A stretch of DNA of 13,132 nt. Source: Candidatus Poribacteria bacterium (lineage in GTDB: Bacteria; Poribacteria; WGA-4E; UBA9662). The position numbers and the translations under genes are program-made. Below the pieces are notes generated by a model. The model was not told the DNA's origin. It ran no database searches and saw nothing but the letters and a program-made list of their open reading frames with translations. Shown one piece after another: positions 6,695-13,132 of the stretch. Each line of letters begins with the position of its first letter. Within the stretch, counting starts at the first letter, position 1. The stretch lies in the NCBI GenBank assembly GCA_046582655.1, contig JAYGDX010000095.1, positions 1 through 13,132 on the forward strand, in the 5' to 3' direction.

Positions 6695-8470
6695 ATGACT
6701 AACCAAGTTATTGTCCGGTCTGGTTCAAAATGGCTCCATTTCAAGCAGCCTCTATATATTATTGAAACGCATCGACTCGATGAAGTCATCCCAAAACTTC
6801 AGGATATAGAAGAAACAGCCAGCCGATTCGATCTTTATGCTGTCGGATTTATCAGTTATGAAGCCGCTCCCGCATTCGACAGCGCATTGACGACACTTTC
6901 TTCCACCGGTTTCCCCTTAATTTGGTTTGGTCTCTATGAGGAACCAGATTCAATGAATGTCCTTCCTATCTTTACTGAAAAACTTGATAGGTTGTGGACA
7001 CCATCCATTGATCAAGATGATTACAGGAAAATACTTGAACGAATCAGGAGCTTCATTGCCGCCGGAGAGACGTATCAGGTTAATTACACATTTCGTTTGC
7101 GTTCCAAACACAATGGAGATCCGCTCACATTATTTCGCCAGTTGATAATGGCACAACCAGCCAGATATGCTTCTTATGTGGAAACAGATCAGTTTGCTAT
7201 CTGTTCAACCTCGCCAGAACTTTTTTTTAATCTCAATGACCAGCAATTGATCACACGACCGATGAAAGGCACAGCCAATCGCGGACTCACCTTCAGCAAA
7301 GATCAGGAGCAAGCCAACAGATTACAAAACTCACCAAAGGATCGCGCTGAAAATCTGATGATTGTAGACATGATGCGGAATGATCTGGGACGTATTGCAT
7401 CATCAGGTAGTATTAAAGTACCAAACTTGTTTGAGGTAGAAAAATATCCCACAGTCTGGCAGATGACCTCGACCGTTTCTGCTCAAACGGGGGCATCTTT
7501 TTCAGAAATTCTAACGGCACTTTTCCCTTCGGCCTCCATTACCGGCGCACCAAAAGTTCAGACGATGAAGATTATTGCTGATCTTGAAAATAACCCAAGA
7601 AAGATCTATACCGGCACAATCGGCTATTTGTCACCAGGTCGAAAAGCACAATTTAACGTGGCTATCCGAACGGTGCTAATCGATAAGTGGAATGGAACTA
7701 GCGAGTATGGTGTCGGCAGCGGTGTTGTCTGGGATTCTGTAGATCAACTTGAATTTGAGGAATGTCTGGTAAAAGCGAAAATTTTGACCGAATCCCATCC
7801 CAACTTTTCCATCTTTGAAAGCCTACTTTGGGAAAACGAAAACTATTTCCTATTATCGTATCACCTTGATCGTTTGCATAAATCAGCGAAATATTTCGAT
7901 TTCCCGGTTGACGTTAACCTGATTGAAAAAAAATTGTTGAAGCTTAGTACAACTTTATCGACAGCTGAACAAAATAAACCCCATAAAATCAGGCTTATTT
8001 TAAGTCCAACGGGTCAGATAGACTGCCAATCGACGTCAATTACAAGGGATCAGAATCAACAACCTGTGCAGATCAAACTAGCAAGTACACCAATAGACCC
8101 ATCAAATCGCTTCCTTTATCACAAAACAACGCAAAGGGACGTGTACGACCAAGCCAAAATGGATAATCCCGATTGTGACGATGTTTTGCTTTGGAACAAA
8201 AATGGTGAAATTACCGAAAGTTGCATCGCCAACGTGGTAGTTGATATTAAAGATAAGCTCATAACACCGCCAGTATCATCCGGACTTTTAGCTGGAACTT
8301 TTCGAGCGTGGTTGCTGGATCAGCAAAAAATTAGTGAGGAAATTGTCACCATTGACGATGTCATGCTGGCCAATCAAATCTACCTTATCAATTCAGTGAG
8401 GAAGTGGCGTCAAGCTAACCTACCTACTCTACATATCAAGGAATATGGATTGCAGAGGGAAGCTATTTGA
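6695..8470 (+). CDS. pabB: Aminodeoxychorismate synthase component I fused to a class IV aminotransferase-fold ADC lyase (PabB-PabC)
   Basis: Chorismate-binding motifs YQVN, RPMKGT (Lys as in ADC synthases, not PIAGT), KDRAENLMIVDMMRNDL, SITGAPK, FNVAIRT and G.G.VWDS. The C-terminal PabC-like domain has HLDRL, HKTTQR, ITESCIAN and TPP...GLLAGTFR. Confidence 0.9.
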   Translation: MTNQVIVRSGSKWLHFKQPLYIIETHRLDEVIPKLQDIEETASRFDLYAVGFISYEAAPAFDSALTTLSSTGFPLIWFGLYEEPDSMNVLPIFTEKLDRLWTPSIDQDDYRKILERIRSFIAAGETYQVNYTFRLRSKHNGDPLTLFRQLIMAQPARYASYVETDQFAICSTSPELFFNLNDQQLITRPMKGTANRGLTFSKDQEQANRLQNSPKDRAENLMIVDMMRNDLGRIASSGSIKVPNLFEVEKYPTVWQMTSTVSAQTGASFSEILTALFPSASITGAPKVQTMKIIADLENNPRKIYTGTIGYLSPGRKAQFNVAIRTVLIDKWNGTSEYGVGSGVVWDSVDQLEFEECLVKAKILTESHPNFSIFESLLWENENYFLLSYHLDRLHKSAKYFDFPVDVNLIEKKLLKLSTTLSTAEQNKPHKIRLILSPTGQIDCQSTSITRDQNQQPVQIKLASTPIDPSNRFLYHKTTQRDVYDQAKMDNPDCDDVLLWNKNGEITESCIANVVVDIKDKLITPPVSSGLLAGTFRAWLLDQQKISEEIVTIDDVMLANQIYLINSVRKWRQANLPTLHIKEYGLQREAI

Positions 8471-9720
8471 ACCACGACCCGTATGAAGCATTCCGCATTG
8501 GCAGTTTTCGGGCATATATGTCTGGTTGGTTTACTTCGTTAATAGGAACTAGAATTCAAAGTGTTGCGATTGGCTGGGAGATATATCAACGAACTGGAAA
8601 GGCTCTGTCGCTTGGTCTTGTTGGTCTCATTCAAGCATTACCAAACATGTTGTTAGCATTACCTGCCGGCTATCTGGCGGATACCTTTGACCGCCGCAAA
8701 CTGGTTATTTTCAGTCTTGCTGGTGCGACAGTAACTTCTGTAAGTCTGGCAGTTCTGTCATACCATCAAGGCAACACAGGTCTGATGTACCTGCTTCTTC
8801 TATTCGATGCCACGGCATTGGCGCTGGGGCGACCTGCTAGATCGGCATTGCTCCCTCAACTTGTACCCCGCCAAGTTTTTCCAAATGCGGTGATGTGGAG
8901 TTCCAGCACGTTTCATCTATCATCTGCTATTGGACCTGCTGTAGGCGGATTTATTTTGGCCGCTAACGTGCCCTCAGCATATTTAATTAGCGCCTGTGGA
9001 ACGCTGATATTCATCGGTCTTTTAACAAAAATCGATATTCGTGATCTACCTGAAAGGAATGGGAGCAAAAGTATAACATTCAAAACACTGCTGGCAGGTT
9101 TGCGCTTCGTTTGGAATGCCAAGTTGCTGCTGACAACGATGTTGCTTGATATGTTCGCCGTATTACTGGGTGGGGCGATTTACTTGTTGCCGATGTTCGC
9201 CAAAGATATTTTGCAGGTCGGGGAGATCGGTTTTGGTTGCCTAAGGGCAGCTCCAGCAATTGGCGCGGTTGTTATGGCTATCATGATCGCCCATCTTCCA
9301 CCAATGAAACGGGCAGGACGGAACCTTCTGCTAGCAGTGGCGGGTTTTGGCATGGTAACCGTTATCTTCGGTGTGTCAAAGTACTTTTGGTTATCTTTCA
9401 TCATGTTATTTATGACTGGAGTACTTGATAATGTGAGTGTGGTGATTCGACATACTCTAGTACAATTACTCACGCCAGATCAAATGCGCGGACGCGTTTC
9501 AGCAGTTAATGGCATCTTCATTGGGACATCAAACGAGTTGGGTGGATTCGAATCAGGATTAGTTGCAAGTTGGTTTGGAGCCATAGCATCAGTAGTAATC
9601 GGTGGAATTGGTACAATTCTGGTGGTAGTTACCACAGCTTTGGCTGCACCGGAACTACGGAGATTACAATCTCTTCGAGATATCAAAACACTTGAAGAAG
9701 AACAAACAGACAATAGTTAA
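8467..9720 (+). CDS. MFS transporter, EntS/MFS_3 (DHA3-like) family
   Basis: 417 aa with about 12 hydrophobic segments. Motif A variant GYLADTFDRRK, plus AIGPAVGG, LDMFAVLLGG...LLPMFAKDIL, TPDQMRGRVSAVN and SNELGGFESG. The TTG start overlaps the pabB stop, with a GAGGG RBS. Confidence 0.92.
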   Translation: MNHDPYEAFRIGSFRAYMSGWFTSLIGTRIQSVAIGWEIYQRTGKALSLGLVGLIQALPNMLLALPAGYLADTFDRRKLVIFSLAGATVTSVSLAVLSYHQGNTGLMYLLLLFDATALALGRPARSALLPQLVPRQVFPNAVMWSSSTFHLSSAIGPAVGGFILAANVPSAYLISACGTLIFIGLLTKIDIRDLPERNGSKSITFKTLLAGLRFVWNAKLLLTTMLLDMFAVLLGGAIYLLPMFAKDILQVGEIGFGCLRAAPAIGAVVMAIMIAHLPPMKRAGRNLLLAVAGFGMVTVIFGVSKYFWLSFIMLFMTGVLDNVSVVIRHTLVQLLTPDQMRGRVSAVNGIFIGTSNELGGFESGLVASWFGAIASVVIGGIGTILVVVTTALAAPELRRLQSLRDIKTLEEEQTDNS

Positions 9721-9764
9721 TTACAATAGCCAAACAACCCAAAAATTTGGAAAGGTATATTTTT

Positions 9765-10631
9765 ATGAAATTAGAAACCCTCGATTTGCAAATCATCGAC
9801 ACCCACACGCACTTTTACGATCCAACTCGGCCTCAAGGAGTCCCTTGGCCCAGTCAGGATGACGACTTCTTATACAGACGCGTGATGCCAGAAGATTACA
9901 AATCACTTGCGGTTAATCAAGGTGTCAAAGGTACCGTGGTGGTTGAAGCAAGCAAATGGTTTGAAGACAATCAGTGGATTCTCGATCTTGCCGAAGCAGA
10001 TCCATTTCTGGTTGGTCTTGTCGGCAACATAGACATTGATAGCGACGACTTCGAGTCAAATTTGAATCATCTGGCTGGAAATCCCCTTTTTCGGGGTATC
10101 AGGCTCGGTGGAGGTGCTTTAGGGAATGTTGCAGATCAATCCTTTCTCAATCAATTAGAACAACTGGCATCGCTTGATCTGGAACTCGATTTATTGATCG
10201 ATGCACCGCTGTTATCATCCGTCAATACAATTTCTGAAAAGATCCCTGATCTTCGTATCATGATCAACCATATTGGACATGTACCAATTGATGGGCAACC
10301 ACCTGATACAGCATGGGTCGAAGGAATGGAGATTATCTCAAAACAACCAAACGTTTATTGTAAAGCCTCTGGATTCGTCGAGTTAGCCAAAGGTAAGCCA
10401 CCCACCGACGAACTAGACTATTACAGGCCAACCATGGATGTACTATGGAATTTATTTGGTATAGACTATCTTGTTTACGGCAGTAATTGGCCAGTTTCTG
10501 AACGTTATGCGGCCTACCAAAACGTGCAACAACTTGCCTTCAGATATTTTGAAACCAAAGGTTCAAAAGCAGTCGAAAAAGTGTTCTGGGGAAATTCAAA
10601 AGAGTTCTATAAATGGATTGATCGACATTAA
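9765..10631 (+). CDS. Amidohydrolase_2 family protein (LigI/L-fuconolactonase-like TIM-barrel hydrolase)
   Basis: IIDTHTHF (HxH), VVVEA, FRGIR, MINHIG, NVYCKASG and YGSNWPV. ATG 9765 is preferred over the track TTG 9747 because a GAAAGG RBS precedes it. Confidence 0.88.
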   Translation: MKLETLDLQIIDTHTHFYDPTRPQGVPWPSQDDDFLYRRVMPEDYKSLAVNQGVKGTVVVEASKWFEDNQWILDLAEADPFLVGLVGNIDIDSDDFESNLNHLAGNPLFRGIRLGGGALGNVADQSFLNQLEQLASLDLELDLLIDAPLLSSVNTISEKIPDLRIMINHIGHVPIDGQPPDTAWVEGMEIISKQPNVYCKASGFVELAKGKPPTDELDYYRPTMDVLWNLFGIDYLVYGSNWPVSERYAAYQNVQQLAFRYFETKGSKAVEKVFWGNSKEFYKWIDRH

Positions 10632-10652
10632 TTACTGACGGAAAGACAACCG

Positions 10653-11930
10653 ATGATGTACATAGAACACACCGATCTGGAAATCCAACGGGAACCTTTC
10701 GCACGACCTTTTGGGTTCAAAGGATCCGCCTTTCATGAAAAATGGAATGCGGTTGTACGCGTCCGTGATTCAGCGGGTATAACTGCCTTTGGCTTGGGAG
10801 GATTAGCTGTGTTATGGTCAGACCCAACGGTATTTGTTCAACACAGTGAGGTTGGTGGGAATTTACTGCAACTTTCTGTACTTGAATACGCACTTCAGTG
10901 GATCAAAAACCGCGACTTTACCGACCCACTGGCACTATTTGATGAGATCCTGCCCTCAACGCATGAATACGCGAAATCGATTACCCAATTGCCCTCACTT
11001 AGGCTCACTTTTACGCTGAATGCGCTGGTAAGTTTAGACAATGCGATCTGGATGCTTTACGCTAAACAGAATAAGATTACGGATTTTGATAAACTGATAC
11101 CAGGCCTGTATCTTCCTTGTTTGTCTGGCAGGCAGAATCGTATTGCGATTGTACCGGCAATTGGATATACGCTCCCATTAGAACAGATCAAGGATTTGCT
11201 GGAGCAAGGAATCTTTGTACTTAAAATCAAGATCGGTCAGCCAGGCAATGAAAAGGAAATGTTAGAAAGGGATTCAGAACGGCTAAAGCAAATTCACCAC
11301 ATCTGTCAGAATCACAGCACGATCATGACAGACTCTGGTAAAATCGCCTATTACCTTGACGCTAATGGTCGTTATCAAACAAAAGATGGTATCTTACGTT
11401 TGCTGGATTACGCTGACCGTATCGGCTGTATTGATCAAATTATTTTAATTGAAGAGCCCTTCGATGAGCATCTGATTGTAGATGTTTCAGATCTACCAAT
11501 TCGCTTGGCTGCAGACGAAAGTCTTCATACCATCGAGGATATACGAAACCGGGTTGGCCAAGGTTACCAAGCAGTTGCCATCAAACCTGCCGGAAAAACT
11601 TTGTCACTGGCATTTCAAATGGTAAGTGCCTCAGTTGAAAATGCGGTAATCCCTTTTGTAGCCGATAATGCCTGTGTACCCATACTAGTTGAATGGAACA
11701 AAAACATTTCTGCCCGACTCCCAATATTCCCTGGACTAAAAATCGGAATGATGGAATCAAACGGGCCACAAAACTATGCTACGTGGCCACAACTTATCTC
11801 CGACTACCCTTTACCTGAAGCACACTGGCTGATGCCCACATCAGGCACATTTCAACTGAACCAGAATTACTACCATCATAGCGGTGGGATTTTCACCGAT
11901 CCCCTGCCTTATATTCAGTCATTTCGATAA
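10653..11930 (+). CDS. Enolase superfamily enzyme (mandelate racemase/muconate lactonizing-like), function unknown
   Basis: N-terminal capping domain (REPFARPFGFKG, DNAIW), KIKIG (KxK), metal ligands in LDANG, EEP and ADES, and a Lys in AIKP. Confidence 0.85.
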   Translation: MMYIEHTDLEIQREPFARPFGFKGSAFHEKWNAVVRVRDSAGITAFGLGGLAVLWSDPTVFVQHSEVGGNLLQLSVLEYALQWIKNRDFTDPLALFDEILPSTHEYAKSITQLPSLRLTFTLNALVSLDNAIWMLYAKQNKITDFDKLIPGLYLPCLSGRQNRIAIVPAIGYTLPLEQIKDLLEQGIFVLKIKIGQPGNEKEMLERDSERLKQIHHICQNHSTIMTDSGKIAYYLDANGRYQTKDGILRLLDYADRIGCIDQIILIEEPFDEHLIVDVSDLPIRLAADESLHTIEDIRNRVGQGYQAVAIKPAGKTLSLAFQMVSASVENAVIPFVADNACVPILVEWNKNISARLPIFPGLKIGMMESNGPQNYATWPQLISDYPLPEAHWLMPTSGTFQLNQNYYHHSGGIFTDPLPYIQSFR

Positions 11931-12187
11931 CCTGGATTATCTCGCTGTGGATTGGTACTATTAGGAATAGTGTTGACTGAGATAATCATGATGTCGACAC
12001 CAAGATTATAGCCTTTCGGAGATTAAAGAATGGCTCACTGGGCGTTCATTTTACTCCTTACAGATATTGGTCACTGACCAAAAAAGAATCAATCTGTTAG
12101 TCGGCATACCCTGAACAATATCGATTACCTACTGGGTATCAATCTGTTTTGCTTGATTAGACATTCCAAGGATGGCATTCCAGCGCA

Positions 12188-12306
12188 TTAAATCCGTGAA
12201 GCACACCACTGAATACCGCGCATAAGGACATCCACAAAACCAGCAGCCACGTTTGGTTGTCATGTCCTGATTGAAAGCTGAACACACGATTGTTCTTGTA
12301 TTGCCT
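12188..12306 (-). pseudogene. Remnant of a ThuA-like (class I glutamine amidotransferase-like fold) domain gene, C-terminal ~39 codons
   Basis: Manual translation RQYKNNRVFSFQSGHDNQTW / frameshift at about 12245 / AGFVDVLMRGIQWCASRI*. This matches the ThuA-type C-terminal pattern R.Y...RVF....GH......F...L.RGI.W.A. Confidence 0.7.
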
Positions 12307-12460
12307 TTTGCTTAGGTCTCCAGCTTCTGGACGACATCATCATCAATCCAAAATGTGTGGATACGACTTTTCTTGTCTTGTTTTGCAACACTCAAGATCT
12401 CTCAGTTGTATGCCTGACCATCAAAGCAGAACACACTTTGACACTTACCCCAGAGCGCAC

Positions 12461-12480
12461 CCGATAAGCGCAATTATCGG
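12461..12480. other. 7-bp perfect hairpin overlapping the LamG stop codon
   Basis: CCGATAA-gcgcaa-TTATCGG. There is no U-tract, so a terminator role is uncertain. Confidence 0.3.
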
Positions 12481-13132
12481 TCGTTTTTGATACGTCCCCA
12501 TGTGAGCGCAATTTTCCCTTGCGGCGAGACCGCCAGCACCTCAGATAGTCCCTGCTTTATGATGCGCTTGATCTCATCAACCGTAAGCGCCATATTAAAG
12601 ATGGCAACTTCGTCAATCAGACCATTGAAATGCTGTTGGTAACCATCATTGCCTATCCATACCGGATTGTCTGTCACATCGATCTTTTTATCTGCGGCAG
12701 CCTTTCCAATTTCTTTCCCATCTTCAAAAACCCTCATCACAGAACCGCCATAGGTCGCCGCATTGTGAACCCACTTTCTGTCTAGGAACGTGTACGGACC
12801 TTCCAAATTGGTTTGGCTCTGATCATCCCAACGCAACCGCCAACCGCCGCCAGGTTCTCCCCTATCATAAAGGACGTACGACCAAACGTTGCCAACCTGT
12901 CGCCATTTGCCGAGAATTGTACCCGACCGGCGGGTCTTTTAAAAATCCATGCCACAACTGTAATATCACCCGTGATGTTCAAGCCCGGCTCACTGTCCAC
13001 CTCAACATAATCCGTCGACCCGTTGAAATCCAGCGCCTTACCGAATTTCCCATCGACCCATTTCGGATTACCCTTACCCATGAACTTTCCATCATAACCG
13101 TTGTCAGAACTATCCTTAGCAACTTTACCTGA
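12474..13132 (-). CDS. LamG-like jellyroll (Laminin_G_3) domain protein, 5'-truncated by the window edge, with one frameshift at about 12923
   Basis: Track ORFs 12782-13081 and 12474-12836 join into SGKVAKDSSDNGYDG...KWVDGKFGKALDFNG..DYVEV...ITVVAWIFKRPAGR/GTILGKW...KWVHNAATY...DGKE...WIGND....FNGLIDEVAIFNMALT.DEI...VSPQGKIALTWGRIKNDR*. It may be a pseudogene or a sequencing error. Confidence 0.88.

Noticed and set aside
4174..7145. ORFs 4174-4374, 5581-5823, 5640-6128 and 6957-7145
   Set aside because: Antisense or out-of-frame shadows of longer, motif-supported genes.
6695..8470. Anthranilate synthase TrpE or siderophore (isochorismate/salicylate) synthase, suggested by the EntS-like neighbour
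   Set aside because: The PMKGT lysine and the fused PabC-like domain indicate ADC synthase, and no NRPS or siderophore genes are in the window.
8913..11769. ORFs 8913-9122, 9180-9473, 9237-9428, 9480-9713, 10834-11019 and 11581-11769
   Set aside because: Shadows of the MFS and enolase-superfamily genes. Antisense ORFs are common opposite hydrophobic coding sequence.
11931..12473. CRISPR array or structured ncRNA in the 540-bp gap
   Set aside because: Only one 11-bp direct repeat pair and short hairpins are present, with no repeat-spacer periodicity or recognisable RNA family. Part of the gap is explained by gene remnants. An Rfam scan was not possible.
12290..12490. 66-aa plus-strand ORF with HHHQ and several Cys
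   Set aside because: No RBS or family motif, it overlaps the LamG stop, and the opposite strand better explains the region.
12782..13132. Treating 12782-13081 and 12474-12836 as two genes, and the plus-strand ORFs 12813-13010 and 12917-13132
   Set aside because: The two minus-strand ORFs are halves of one frameshifted LamG gene. The plus-strand ORFs are antisense shadows.

Overview
A bacterial genomic window that is moderately AT-rich by eye. It most likely comes from Candidatus Poribacteria, inferred from the LamG protein ending in VSPQGKIALTWGRIK, a PhyH dioxygenase and Planctomycete-type DUF1501 and DUF1549/DUF1553 genes. The left arm (minus strand) carries a GT-C/ArnT-like membrane glycosyltransferase and a complete but decayed 765-bp IS1-family element with inverted repeats and an 8-bp target duplication. 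It continues with a PhyH-family Fe(II)/2-oxoglutarate dioxygenase and the Tat-signal N-terminus of a DUF1501 protein that the ORF track missed. A divergent promoter region then precedes a tightly packed six-gene plus-strand run: membrane-anchored hypothetical protein, secreted DUF1549/DUF1553 CxxCH protein, PabB-PabC fusion, EntS-like MFS transporter, amidohydrolase-2 lactonase-like enzyme and an enolase-superfamily enzyme. The right end holds about 540 bp of gene remnants, including a frameshifted ThuA-like C-terminus, and a LamG-domain gene split by a 1-nt deletion. No rRNA, tRNA or CRISPR array was seen. All family calls come from motif recognition by eye, not database searches.
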